Part shown: positions 25,661 through 39,761 of the stretch, piece by piece | Numbering within the stretch: position 1 is the first letter of the stretch | Layout of the letters: the number at the start of each line of letters is the position of its first letter | Assembly: GCA_976226885.1 (NCBI GenBank) | Contig: OZ320315.1 | Span: 38,688,001 to 38,752,000 of the forward strand | From: Iphione sp. A-MEVVRFRX5 | Taxonomy: Eukaryota | Direction: 5' to 3' | Length of the DNA: 64,000 nucleotides | Made by a program: the position numbers and the translations under genes | Notes under the pieces: model-generated | Database searches by the model: none | Told to the model about the DNA's origin: nothing | Seen by the model: the letters and a program-made list of their open reading frames with translations, nothing else

Positions 25661-27815
25661 CTTTGTGCACTCAGAACCGTAGCTTAGATTTGTGCATTAG
25701 AAGGCCATAAAATGAAAGGTTAGTTGGAGTAATATATTGTACATGTATTTCGGTTCCTGTTTGGTTTGGATCCCATTAGTTTTCAATCTGAAACGAAATA
25801 TTATTCTGACACTTGACATCATATTAGACAGTTTCGACAGTTCAATTTCTTTTCGTCTACGTGATATTCGACTGGGGTAGCCCAATTTATCGATGGCTGG
25901 TTCCACTGAGGAATTCTACTTGTGACCTTTCCATGGGATTTGCAGAAGTTTCCACCTCTCTCTGCGACCGCTACCGACGCTGCCACCGTTAGCCAGTGTT
26001 GTCAACACATTTTATGGGGGTGGACAAGGCAGTATCCGAGATGAACAGGCCATCTATGGCGTCAGAACCGACCTTCGTTTGAGCCTGACAAAAGCATGCA
26101 GGATAACCGTCAGTTCGGTATTTATTATTAACGCCGGATACTACTACAGTGAGGGCTATGCCGCATGAACGCTGTTGATCACATGAGTGAATCTGCTAAA
26201 TACCGTTAGTCCGCTGGCAGCGGAGAACAGAAGACCTCTACTCTGATAGTGGGACCTCTTATGGGAACTGACACGGCCTTGGCCATAGGTCATATTCAGT
26301 GTCTGGGCCTATTTTCAGCACATCGTCCTCCTCGGTGGCAAGTGGACAGTCGGTGAAATACGCAATGAAGGTCAGATGGTGAAAACGAATTGAGATAGCT
26401 ACCATAAATCAGATGATTTAAAGTAAGACTGATTTATTTGGAAGGAAAGCCAAGCCGCTTCGGTACCTTCAAATGAGCCTGGAATATGAGAAGAGGCCGA
26501 CATATGTTCAGCTGCCTTGCTTCAGATATCTTTCATGCTCTCGCAAAATATTGCTCTCCTGTAACTCCCTTCTTAGTGAAGCACAGAAGAGCTGTAGAAC
26601 GGGGGAGGGAGGTATAGCCTGGCGATTTATCGGACCTCTTTTTCAGTCTTTAAGACTGCAGGCGTCAGAGAATCAAAGCAAAAACAAATTTGTCAGCCGC
26701 TACCAGCGGTCCTCCTGTCTATCGATTCCCTCTAGCCGCCTTATACATTGCCCACCAGGCCTGCTGGCTCCAGTCTGCAAGTAATGTACGCTCTGGCAGA
26801 AATATTTGAATGGCCTTCGGATGGTCGAGTACGCTGCCCTCTAAAGCTAATTATATGCCCTGACCATTCATCTACACAAACGACCAGGACAAAGGTCTAT
26901 CCTGTGCCATAGCTCTCAAGGAGAAGACAATATTTCCCCAGGTGCTGCTGTTCCATCACCAAGCTTTCAGGTGTTTAATAATGCATACACATGTAGACTA
27001 CAAATATTGATACTTGTCAACGTTTACTTTTAATCAATGGCTTTCCTTACTTGTTTGTACAGGAGCCGCCTATAGAGACTTCATCCAATCACAAATTAAG
27101 AATTCTGCGAGCGTTGCAGAAAATGACAGACCTGCCCCGAGGGCGCCTCCACACCAGCTACTAAAGGTTGAAGCCATTAGCTGAATTTGCATTGTCATGA
27201 GGGCTCATCTAACTATCCGCAGCTGCAACAGTTAAGCACAGAGTCTATCTTCCTCTCGGTCTAGCTCACGAAGTGGTTCGTGCTCGCTATCCTAGAAACT
27301 AGGTTGAAATTCTGCACCATTCAGCAAATGCAATTCTGTTTACCGAAATCAGTTTCCATACATCTATATGTCGAAACGTTCCATCAAACATTGTTATAGG
27401 AGACCATTCTAAAGGAAACATATAGTTTTCATATTTTCTCATCTTGTACCATAGAGTATAAAGGATATGCCCGCTATCAATATGCTTTAAGCTCGAGCTC
27501 ACAAAAACAGAACCTGTACAGAATCAGATCTGTATTTCATTAAGATGATGTACACCACGAACATTATGGACATGGCTCGAAGGCACGTCATGCAGACAGC
27601 CTTACATAATCCCCGCCTATACCCATTTAACATAATACACGTGCATTATACATTCTTATCCTAATGATAATATACCGGTATTTCTCAAAGAATTCTTTCC
27701 ATATCACTATTCACTATTGATTGTTTCAACTAGATCATGATAACCATTACTAATTTACAAATTCGACTATGGCTGTGCCTAATTCTCTTTCTCCTATCCA
27801 CAACACCAAGGAGTT

Positions 27816-27885
27816 GTGAGGATAGCTCACTTGGCATGTGCCTTGGTCCGCAGATTCAAAGGTCAGGGTTCAGATCCCACGGGGA
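27816..27885 (+). mobile_element. tRNA-like segment, possible head of a tRNA-derived SINE or a tRNA pseudogene
   Basis: A-box-like GATAGCTCACTTGG (27821-27834) and B-box-like GGTTCAGATCCC (27867-27878) at tRNA-like spacing. I could not establish a clean cloverleaf. Confidence 0.4.
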
Positions 27886-29149
27886 AGTGATTAGGACCAG
27901 GCAGCCTGAAAGTCTGCGACTCCTACCACAGTGATTCATGACTTGTCAAAGGCGGTGGAAGTAAAGAATCTTGTCTCTGTGCAGTAATCTAGTCAAAGTA
28001 AGAGCACGGACAAGTACTGGTTACTCTTTTTAGCTTTTCTTCAACAGTAGATATTAGTGTTGAAGACGACATAGAATACCAACCACGAGAGAGCTGATAG
28101 AGATACATGTATACATAGCCATTTGAAGATACTGTTTTCAAAACATTACAAAAAGGCATATTACGGGCAAGAGGTATGATCGGAACCCTTCAAGAATATA
28201 GAGATGCCTTATTCACAGCATGCTTATCTGTATCACGCAGAGTCTACATGTAGTACAGGACAACAAGGGAATATGCGCTTCAATAACTATATAAAGGTTC
28301 GGTTGTGAGGGGAAACCATATCCAGGGCGTCTGAACTGATGCGGAGTCTAACCAGACTCTGAAAAGCCTCGGTCGGGGTCACTGTCAGTAAATGTAGATT
28401 AGCACTAAGGGAAAAGAGGCAATTCTTGCAGAAATAATCTTTCACAAATACCTTGGGACCAGTGGGTCCATTGGTTGGCAAAGAGAGTCTTTTCAACAGA
28501 GATTTTTCCTTAGTTCAACAGCCGGCCGAACAGATGTGTAGTGAGTGGCACGATGCCGTTATCGTGACTGGTCATTCCATGAGAGTTCACAGTATAGGCC
28601 CCCTTTCCTGGCGAACCTGAATATAGACAGTGCGAAGAGCAGAACGATAGGACGCGTTGCAACAGAGATTCTTGGCGAGGCGTGTTTCACTACAGAACGG
28701 CCGCCGGCCGGAAATGAAACCTATCCATTTCGACCGTGCACACCATGCATCATGTCTCGAAAGGGCCAAGCGGTCTCAGCTTAGGGAGCGATTGGCGAAA
28801 ATGATGAGACCTCGTTGTGATTACCAATGCATCTCCACGAAGCGGTGAAAAAAAATCGTCTTTTCTCTCACATAGAAAAAACAGGCGAGCACAATGGGAA
28901 CTGTGCGGTGGCGCGAAGGGTTTCTTTTTTTTTCTCTCTCTCATAAAACAAAGGCCTCCGATAGAGACTAGCTCGAGCGGTAAGCCACTATCTCTTAAAA
29001 ACCCTGTCCCACCTTGTGGAAGGAAGCGGGCTTACTCGATTACGAGACATCGAAGCCCGCAGCGCTAGCCAACCCCCTTCTACACGGGGGTGCCTGTCAT
29101 ATCTCAAGCCGCGGTGGCGCTCTCTTTGACCCTGGCGTGTAGCGACGGC

Positions 29150-29320
29150 GTAACCGCCTTCCGGGTATGGGGAAGAGTGCGGCTGTTGGGACTCGAGCGG
29201 GGGCCGAGAGAGCGTGCCACCAATGCCATTTATGGAGTGCTTTAATGCCTTTGTCGGTGGGCGCTGGCCTGCGGCAGGGCCAGCGAGCGCACGCACTGCC
29301 CGACTGTCACATGCAAGTCT
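29150..29320 (+). pseudogene. dUTPase-fold remnant (motif 4 region)
   Basis: AVGTRAGAE...GLRQGQRAHAL; RAH.L is shared with TMPKDRAHLL near 35070. Confidence 0.3.
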
Positions 29321-29821
29321 GAAGCTACGTCTGCCCGTGGCTGATCAGTGATTCTAGCTATGTGGCTCCAGACACTGGCGCCGTCTGATTCGAAAAAAAG
29401 CCTTGGCAAATGCGCCAAGATCATACGCAACCAGAAGCGTCGGCCAGGGACAGTTCTTACAAGGTCGTCCAGCCTCTAAAAGCAGACTCACCAGTCCCAA
29501 CCAGTCACAAACGCACAGTGTCAATAAAGAAGCGAACGAGGGTAATCCTATTTTGTAGCGATATTGAAACTGAGCATGCAGTTAGAACAATGCATATCGG
29601 TCCAATTCAGTATTTGACTATATTCAGTGTATCCGCGCCAAGCTGGTATCGCTGCAACTTTCTGCGAATGGTGTTAGTTCATCCAACAAAAGGACAGAGC
29701 TCTCATTGTTAATCAATTCCAGTCCATAATTTATCAGCCAGCCGCCAACAATAATTAGTTAGGAATAAAGCCCGTTAATAATTCATGACTCACTCAGTGT
29801 TAGGGAAGGCTGGCGTCAGCA

Positions 29822-30460
29822 ATGGCAGCAGTACCCCGACTGCGGCGCCGCAGGTGGCGGAAATATGGGGGTTTTGTTGTTCCCTTCTCGAGCCGAGCGG
29901 AAAACACAGGAAATGACGTAAAAGTCAAAGCGTCCTGGCTAGCGGCTGGGATGGTTCACCCAAGCCTACGGGTGGCATCTGTAGATACCCAGCTCCTGCA
30001 GAGTGGCTGCAGAACCGATGCATGTCCATAGAGCAAACCGCATTCCAATGGACAATATATATATATTTATTAGATGTATATTTACTCACGACAAGAGGCA
30101 GTATGGACCATCGACCAATAGATGGTATACATACTCTCCTGTTTCCATGTTCTTGAAAATGTTAATAACCCGTGTGCACGCTTAGCGAAACAACAAGCGG
30201 CGGGCCATTGATTAAGCAAAGGGAGCCTAATGGGGGTTGTCAGAAAGCTAATGGTCAGGCGGGCAGTGTTATTTTGGTGCCTGGTCCTTTGGTCATTGTA
30301 ACCAAACACGCCAGCACTTTGCACCAGAATAGGTTTTCCCTTCACATCCCATTCCATCAGTGACAGGGAGATAGCTAAAGGAACGAGCTCTATACAAACA
30401 CCCATGCCAGGCTCTAGACAAAGGATCTGGTATTTACCCATGGCCAGACATGAGAAGACC
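29822..30460 (+). pseudogene. Two-domain dUTPase-fold remnant
   Basis: LAAGMVHPSLRV (motif 3-like), then NGQAGSVILVPGPLVIVTKH...FSLHIP (motif 1 to IP region of a second domain). Confidence 0.4.
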
Positions 30461-32139
30461 AAACGGGCGTACTGTGTTCTATTAGGAAACTATTTGCCTA
30501 CCAGATACATGAAGTCCATTTACTGCATATGAACAAATAATGTATACTTTTTAAAAAAAAAATCATACATGACGGCTGGGGGTCTACGTGCCTGCCACGT
30601 CAGAACGTGTCTATAATTATATTTGTCAGTAGAAAGCATCGGTTGGAAAACTAAAATAAGTTTACCTGACAGGAAGAAACATACACAAGCGACAAAGCCC
30701 TCTTTGATGACGCCAACATATTGATATACTCCTTATTTCTAGAACCTGATCCCTAGCTGTAATACCAACTAGGCATACAGATCGAACTTCGCTGTGTTTG
30801 CTCTAACAGACATACGACGTGGTTTCGTTTATTAACGCAGCAGGCTCCATTGATTCACGACCCTATAATTGCATTACCAGAGCCAAAATCATGGTAACAG
30901 GTAGAATATGACCTTCATGCAAAGCAGCCGGTGTCCAATAGAGAATACTTTTAGACATGTCGATAAATTGAATCCACTTATGTCTGCATCGCACCTGACA
31001 ATCACTTAACCACGAGGCAAAACCTGCCTGCCACAACATATTTTAGGAATAAAGTAATTGTGCATCGGTTCAAAGATAGAATGCCCAAATGCTGCAGGTT
31101 CATTCACTCTATCGCAAACTGACTCCCACTTGAATATCTAGGTTAGACACCTTGCAGAATCATATACATGTATGTGCAAATTTCCCTGTATACATTTAAT
31201 ATGCATTGACATGTGCATACGTGTATATGTTGTCGTGGTCACGCTAGAGTACTAAACTGGACTTGGACACACCTGCACATGTTTATACATTTGTTTCTCA
31301 CTAATAAATGTAATTCCACTTCCTATCAGTGGTCACAGGGAGAAGAATTTCTGCTGGGCTTCATATTGTGGATTAAGTATGTGTATCATTCTCCCCAATG
31401 ATTGTGCTAAGATCCGGTCATTAACTGATTTACAACTCTTTTGCACTGTGTATACCTTCATCATCATTGTTACAGATGCAGAACACATACGACTGCACGA
31501 ACAGCCTCCATAGAACCTCATTCATATAGGAACTAATTTCACATATTACTTTTGTGTTGATGATAGCTACTATGAGAAACTTCTGTTTACAGATAATCTC
31601 ATTGACCTTTCCTGCATTCTTTTAGTCAACGGAAGATAAGTGTTTTACGTGTTAAATATCTACATGATACAATGATGTCTTACTGGGTTTTATACGTTAC
31701 CCGTTTAGATGGAAATAACTGTGTATCACCTTCACACCGATATTTCGGCATATGAAATAATTATTATTGTTTTACGTCCGATTCCATCTGCAAAGCTGTC
31801 TTCATTATATACCATACTCTACCTGAACGCTGACTGGGGTGCTTCATTCGGTTTACTTTAGCCTAAGCCATCGATTTATCGATCTTATTGACGTCGGCAT
31901 CACTGACAATGGTCACCTACAGGAATATTATGAGATTGCTGTGTACTACAGTGATTCATCTTCAGTTATTACATGCCTAAAACACTACACACGGCAGCGC
32001 ATCATAAAATAGTCACGTTCCATCAGGATATATGTATCCAATGCAATCGCTGTCTAACTGAATTACTGAATAACCGAACGCGTATCTAGACGCGTTAGAG
32101 AATAGAGATGAGGGCGACGTCAGAGAGGGACAAGGTTAT

Positions 32140-32561
32140 AACGTACATCTAGGTATCCATGCACTTGGCAAGGAAGAAGAAGATGGCGACCGATCCTATG
32201 CAAAGGGGCTGGCTTGCCCGCCTGGCAGGCAGAACGGCAGGCTGCACAAAATGCTGCTGACCTTTGGTAGAGCAGTGACCGACCGACAGCCGTATTGAGC
32301 ACCATTTCGTTAGTATTCGGCGCCAGCGGCCACCATCGACCGGTCAGATGGAGTGACGACCGCCGTGTCACGAGGCGCCCATCCTTTGGCAAGCGTGATT
32401 TTTCGCGATCCACTAGCGCTGTCCCTGTCGGCTGGGAATATTAATGGTTCGCGGACAGCAGTGAAAATGGCCGAGTGCTGGCCGCCGGCCGCGCCCTTGG
32501 CCAGAGTCTCGTTGGTGTAAAACTGGTTAACCCCCCGAACAAATGTGTAGATTAGGTGCAA
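32140..32561 (-). pseudogene. Best-preserved single dUTPase-fold domain; stops but no frameshift
   Basis: KGAAGGQHSAIFTAVREPLIFPADRDSASGSRKITLAKGWAPRD...SMVAAGAEY*RNG...SLPFCLPGGQ...LPSAW. The spacing matches [33 protein letters not shown], VGAG and F.V..GD of eukaryotic dUTPase. Confidence 0.62.
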
Positions 32562-34861
32562 TACCGGCCAATGTAAGATGCTTGCAACATTCGAACCGGT
32601 CCAGCCCTATTTACATTCACTCGTCATTGTAAAGAACAAAAAATATATAAGATAACCTTTACAGACATATTAGCTGTTTTGCAGACATGGTTCCAAATAG
32701 GAATCTTAGACAGAAGGACGTCTCTGCATTGTAAATCGCAACGCACTGTGAGCATACGCTGTAAATGATTTTTGTTTTCAAATAAAGTTAATATTCTACA
32801 GTCTGCTTTAGAGGGTGGAGATTCAATTTGGTTAAAAAGAGGGGACACTTAAGGAATATGTCGTATGGTAATTATTATAGAACGTCTCCGATCCATCAAC
32901 AATAGATTGCATATTAATTGACAGCAGCAATAATTAGGATTCTGCCTCTTTGCAATGCGTCTTTCCCGTTTAGCACTCTCCCCACCCACCCCACCCCCAC
33001 GCAAGGTCCTTCCAATATCCATTATCTCCTAACTAAGAGAACGACATGTCGAACGGCTTGAGCAGCACTACCGCCAACCGCCAAGCAGCCAACGGGGAGC
33101 GACTTGGAAGCCTTCACAGCCACCAGTGAGCCATGCAGCAGAAGGCCATTTTCCTATGTAAGGCGACATGGTCACATTTCTTCATGGATGTTCTTGTGCG
33201 ATTCACAAGGTTAACTACATGTGATCAATATCAGCTCATTCATTTCCGAACAATCAAGAATACATCGACATAGTTACTTACTGCTACCCTAAAATAAATG
33301 CATTGCTTCATCAAAGAGAATTCTTCATGAGGCATGGAATATAATGTGTATATTACTGACCAGGCCTGCAAACGGGGGGAACGATTTCTTGTGGGGAGGG
33401 GGGGGGGGGTAAACCACAGTGACAACAAACAACACATTTCGCCTAGGTAAATATACAGCGGAAATTAGTGGGAGACGATCAATACACTAATGTAAGTCTG
33501 AGCGGCGTTGTGTGCTCCGACATTGACTTCACTTGCTGGGATTATTATACTCTGGCTCGTGGGTTGGCCGACTTGCTGCCGACTTCACTGTAGACGTTGG
33601 GTTGCCTGCTGAGGGTGCGTCAAATCATCATCCGCTGAACGGGTGGGAGAGGACTCGGACCCAGCCGAGCAGGAGGTCTATTTCCTGCAGTTAGAGGAGC
33701 CCCCTACCAGCCGTCTTTTCTCTTGTAACGATTGGCTGTGATCTAGAAGGACGCCAAGCGGCCAGAAGGGGTGGCTCAGTGGTGTAATGAAAACCATGCG
33801 TCCATTCCATGTCGTTTGTTCTTTTTCATGGGGTATAACCAGTTCAGGATACATGTATACCTGTGTGCAGAGTAAGAACAATAGTTGTGTAATTTCCTTC
33901 GTACGGTCGTCAGCAATTACCGAAGATTATTTTTTCATATTTTGTTTCCCCCCTTATAAAAACATGAGTTCATGTAGATGAAGTAAACAGTATATATGTT
34001 TTTGCATAGTTTAGCGCAGTGAAAATTTTACGTGAACATGCATTATGCGCACATGTGTTGATTTCCATTGCGGGCACTCGGGCAAATACTATGCCTGGAT
34101 TAATTTAGGACACTTTCCATCAGGCAGGCGCTAGGGATTCGATAAGAAGAGGAACAGAGAGACTCCCCCAGTGCCTTTCGTCAATGATTTATCAGCAAAA
34201 GCGCGCCTCCGTGAGAGAAGAGGAAATCCTTCGAGGAATATATCTGGCGTTTGTTCGGGTGTCAATCGCTCGAGGTCGGCCGCCCCGGGGCTGAAGACCG
34301 TACCAGTGAATAACATTAGGGACACGGGCAGTAGCGCCTGCCCCCAACCTCTGTGTAGAGAGATGCTATAGAGAACCAGAGAAAACCGGCAACCCAGCTA
34401 GGAGACTGAGCCTGGGGACAGACCGAGACCTTAAATAACCAAAAATACATTACGTCGAATCATCAACCCTGTGATGAGACAAACTCAAGGGACAGATCAA
34501 CTATGGGTATTCCCAATCTTGATCTTACTGAATGTATTTACTCACGGTATAGGTCAAAGGGACTCGTAAAGGACTATAGACTCTGAGACAGGTTGCACGG
34601 AATATACACGAAGGTTTTATAGTGCAGTAATTTTTCCTTTCTTTCAAATGCATCACTTTGTTCTTGCCGATACATGCGTAATACTGTGCCGGCATGTCTG
34701 TCCACATTAAATCGGCCTAAACCCGCAGTTTTTGGAGGTGATATTTATGAATTAAGATAATTAGCCTTCACCTGGTGATATTAAGAACAGACTATTATCA
34801 TGAACCGATATCCTTTGTTACAGTGTTCTTTAAATAAACTATCACTGGAACCTGTGTATAT

Positions 34862-35113
34862 GTGATTGACTTACATCAAGCATTAACCTTCCTGGAAAGG
34901 TTCAATCAATGCCGTTGCAGGGCGTGTGGGGTGGTGGTGATCGGCAACGTAGTATTTCCCACGACCGAACGATTGTCAAACGGGCTGGTTGACCTACATA
35001 TCAGCCAACAATCGGCTTTCCCTTTGACAAGTGTGCACGAGTTCTGCCAGATATTGACCATGCCGAAGGACCGGGCACATTTGCTGACAGAAGGAGCGCA
35101 CTATGTGTGTGTG

Positions 35114-35145
<32 letters not shown>

Positions 35146-35975
35146 TTCTGTTTGTCTTGTGTGTGAGCGGAGTGGTTACATGCGGTGAGCATCAAAGCGA
35201 AGGCGTCGCCTGGGAATGGGCAACCCAGGAGCCGATTGTTGAAAACTGGCTGGAATCGATCCCCTTCTCTGGCACCTACCTAAAAGCGCTCGGCCACCCA
35301 CTCTCCGAGCTCAACCCCTCTCACCCACTAAAACCTCACCGATCCTCACGCATGTCATGAACACGTGATGAATCTCGGGGCCAGATGAGGAAGATGTTGG
35401 CGCCACCGACTCTCGCGCCGACTCCGACTCGGGCGCTCGAGAACGCACGTCTCTTGTAGGAAGCAACAGTTCGCCGCTTGCGGCTTGGCATCGATTCAGA
35501 GGGCGGCGTAATGAAAGGCGAGAGATCCAGACGCACACGGCAGGACCGTGTCTAATCCAATCCCCGTCAAACGAGGGGCCGTCGAGCCGCCAATGGGGAC
35601 GCCCTCGACCTTGACATTGGCACCAACTCACTTAGATCTGCTCAAAGGCCAGGCACAATTAGAGACAAGAGACACTTGCCATTTGCTTCAGTGATGGGGG
35701 TGCCACGGAACCTGCCGGAGCACCGCCCCGAAGTGCGCAGTGATAGTCTCTCGACATGATATGTTCTAATATCCATGCCATCAAACCCCTCGTGCGGCAC
35801 AGGCGGCCGATGGACGATGAACACTAACTATCATTTTCTAGACGGTATCACCGCCCCGGAACCTGCAGGTTTCCACGCTGACCTTGTCCACGTAGGAAGG
35901 TCACAGATTAAGCTTGTATTCGCCTCTTGCTCCGTAAGGCTATCGTACCCTCGTTTACCCGAGTTACTCTCGTGA
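34862..35975 (+). pseudogene. Multi-domain (probably three-domain) dUTPase-fold remnant
   Basis: Domain 1 has SNGLVDLH and MPKDRAHLL, followed by a (GT)n insertion. A single frame 35103..35975 (291 codons, 4 internal stops) then gives GVAWEWATQEPIV, LGIDSEGG (35484-35507) and RAANGDALDLDI (35583-35618; compare RA..GDAGLDL). Confidence 0.6.
35103..35142. repeat. (GT)n(GA)n microsatellite
   Basis: Directly visible. Confidence 0.9.
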
Positions 35976-38900
35976 GAGTTAAGTGGTCAAAATGAGCAGC
36001 TCTCACGTGCCGAAGTGCACAGTCAATAGCTGTATCTCTTTCCATGTCACTGCCTCTAATCTACACGTTATGTTCGACTCGCTCAACTCTCAACTTACCC
36101 CACCGGCTGGATCCCTTTCCCACAACCCTCCAGTCCTTCACTTTACCACCAGTGGCTCCTATTGATGGTGCTTACCGGCTAGTTTGCTGCCTGGCATTCC
36201 ATCAATTTTACTCTACGCAAAATGACTGCCGCACCGTTTAAGTGTTTGAAGAACACCATAGGAACTAATAAGAACATATACCTTGCATCAATGTTTCTCA
36301 TACTAGCGCTAGGCGTTAGAATTAAACTCCCTGGTGGTTCTGTCAATTTTGCCAAGTGCAATTGAGAGGGGATAGAATGATAGTAAAGTACTTGCATTTA
36401 CAAAAAGATACAATCGCCAGGTATAAAGGAAGAAAATATACAGAAAGACATCAGAATTATGCTTCATTAAATGTATGTGTGCATGTCATTTAGTATTTCC
36501 TTACCTTACCCTAGGGAATATAGGAATAATCCTATCCAAGCCTCCAATCTCGTATTTCTTTCGGACTTTCTGTCAGAATCCTGTGACCGCAATAGCATTG
36601 GAACTAATAGATCTAAAGCCTTGAAATTTAAATGAAATATTCCACTGAACTCTAGATACCCTTGTGTAGATTATTATAAATCTGTCTGTATACTTTTGGT
36701 TGTATTACGACGACTGAGCTATGATATGCTGGTGGAGATGAGGGAATATAGACTTTGCTTCTACTGTTGTCAGGGGAAACAGTATTTCATACCAAGAACA
36801 CAAGAAAAAAACACATATGGATCTATTGTGTGGGTGGCATTGCAAATGAAAAATCATTTATCCGTTTGTATTGAATGAATATACTATGAAATATGACCCA
36901 TGAAATTTACATTATTGATTCGTCGGGAAAATGCTATGCACGGTGCATCGCAAATGGACTCCATGCGGACCGGAATGCTGGAATCCAATGGAACATGAAA
37001 GCGCATGTTAGGACCTTATTTCCAAAGGTTGGACAGACCATATTCTCTGTACCCTGAGTGGTTTGCTTAGCCAATATCCTACCTAGGTTGTGTACCAAGC
37101 CGCCCAGATGCTCGCTAGGCTAATTCGTGGGATCGCTTCCGTCATAATCCTGGGCGCCTCTAAAGTGGTAGGCCCCCTCGGTTCATGCCAAGTCTACAAA
37201 AAGACCAGCGGGCCGGCTTATCCACCTGCATTAAAGATGGGCACTCACCATATACAAGCAACAACCCGTATCCATCGGACAGAATCCTCGGTCAGCAGGG
37301 ATGTTGAAGTTATGGGAGGTTGGAGGAGGAGGATGATGATATAACTTCATTGACCTCGCGCCGTGTCTTGGGAGAAGGCGTGTTGTGGGCGCCGGTGGCC
37401 GCCGGGGTAATCACATTGAGCGCCGAGTGCCAGCTGAGTGGAAAGGATTGTTTGTTTCCGAGCTGCTTGCTACCTAGCTAAGGATGTACACTCTCTCTTC
37501 TCTGGCCCTAGCTTATCGTTGTGCGGCCCTGGCGGTAGGTTAAAAGACCTACGGGGAAGATAGGTCGGAAGAGACCGATTAAATAACTGAACTCAAGTCG
37601 CTCCTCTCTTGATATAATCAACCCGCGTGCGAGCCTGTGAGATGGCATGGTTAATCAGTCATCATCCCGTATTTATGGTTCATTGTGTAATGTTGACAGA
37701 TGGTGGCTGGTCTGTGTATTAATTTGCGTAGATAGATCCAGGGCGGTGAGCGTTTGGTGCCGCTACTCTAGCGGCCGGCAAGCTTCTCATCAGGACCGGG
37801 TCGAGCAGGTCGACTCGTTAGTATTCAATGTGCGGTAATTCGCTGTGGGGCAACTCACGCGGCAGAGGCCTGCTCTCCAAAAATCGCAACCGAGATGGGA
37901 TTAAATATGTATCAAGGCGGGATATATTCTTGCCTGGAACCTGTCCTCTTCTGTAAGTAAGGTGCCAGAAAACCGACATCTTGACCGTCGGGAATTGCCA
38001 TGGTCGCGGATTGCTCTCTTTGAGAGCAGCTCAACAAGAAGGAATATCGCCTACTGAAGGAAGCGAGCAATATGGAACTGATCGTAATCTGCACATAAAA
38101 ATTGCTGTCTCAAAGAGAAAAATGATCTCAGGGAAGGTAGCACAGCCAATAACAGTCTGGTTTAAATGGAAAGCCTATGTTAGTCTTCGGGATGAAGGAG
38201 CTCAGTCTGTATAAGGCACCATGGACAAGAAGCAGATTCTATTGTGTATGTCCTATCGCTGCAAAGCAAGTTCACGCTAAGAATGCTGTGGATACGACAG
38301 TAATGTATTGGAGCGCTGTGGGAGCCACAATATGGCACGCCCAAAGCGCGCCAGTATGGAAAATAAGCAAACACAATGAAGGGAAGCTGGTTAAGCAGCA
38401 TGGTGATCGATGGCGATCCCGTCTTCTGTCACACCTGACCATGTTCACAGTGTGCATAGCTGCCGTGCACTGGAGTGCGTGCCCTGGGGTGTGTGTGTAA
38501 AATGTCGGGTTCGTCGATAGCTGTTGAAGACAGGTAAAATACTTCCCTCTTCGTAGACAGCGGGCTGAGACCTTCCACTAACATAAAATTCATTCGCAGA
38601 CACACACACACACCAACGATCGACAAAAGAACAGCAACGGTACACCGAACCTTTAAATGCTCCCCTGTGTGTGTGTTTGGGGGTGGGGGTGGTGGCTGCG
38701 GGCAAGACTCGCATAAGGAAATACACTCCCGAAGTGAATGAACCCGCAGTGTTCATCTGTCTGAGCTGAAATAGGGTCAATGCAACATTTACAAAACAAG
38801 CACGGCAAAGCACTGGACAGGGACTTCACTGACGAACCGAACACGCACCTAGAAATATTCAGAGTGATCGTATTTGATTAGGGACACGGGCGAAGACTGT

Positions 38901-39761
38901 AGAAGGTGCCTGAAGAGCCGTGGGTTTACCGAACTGGCCGTTTGTTTCAAGAACGAGAGGAAAGAGAAAGGAGAGTGTAGCAATTAATATGGCGATGTGA
39001 TCATATGCAAGAGAACCAGTAGGACTGACAGTTCCTCTACAAACCAAGCAATCAACTGAATAGATGTATAGATGTAGGTATATTCAATTACGCCACACTG
39101 ATTAGATAATTCTGGTCCGGCTGGAACACATCCGACTCAGATTATCTAAAATCAAATTACACTAACTAATGTTAGATTTGTACTTCAAAAGAGACAGGTA
39201 AGTATTGCTGTAAAGAAGTACTTGTGTGAGAATTAGGTATATATCACTGTCCATATAACATTCTTGAGAGGGTTTTAATCGTACGAGTGAAACCTTTCCT
39301 ACCTTGGGTGGCCAGTCGTTGTGATAGAGGCGATTCTATAGAGCATTATTGTAGGGCCCCTGAAGGAGTACCCCCGGTATGTTTCTATGGACGAGTACGT
39401 GTGCAACATGGTGAATCCTGTTCTGCCGACAAATTTCGTAGGTAAAGGAGAGTGTCCTCACACTCCGTGTGAATGTCTTTCAGGAAGCAAGAACCAGCGA
39501 TAGCCACAAGGACGACGATAGCAATGGCAGCGACTGCGGTCCTCTAGTGCGATGGTCAACGTAGAGGGAAAGTGGAACAGATCTCAGGCGTAAGGAACCA
39601 GTAAGATGCCTCTCCACAGGGGTCGTCCCGCGACAATACCTTCAGCAGCAGCGGCAGTAGCAGCAGCAGTAGCAGCGAAAGCCACCCCCAAAAGCAGCAA
39701 AAGCCACCCCAGCGACAGAGCTGCTCCTGAAACCCAAGCGTTAGTTCCTTCAAAATAGGAG

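Noticed and set aside
27737-27934. ORF with TPRSC...GFRSHGEVI that looks like dUTPase motifs 2-3
   Set aside because: The same bases are better explained as a tRNA-like A-box/B-box segment. This shows that loose motif matching by eye gives false positives, which is why individual remnant confidences are moderate.
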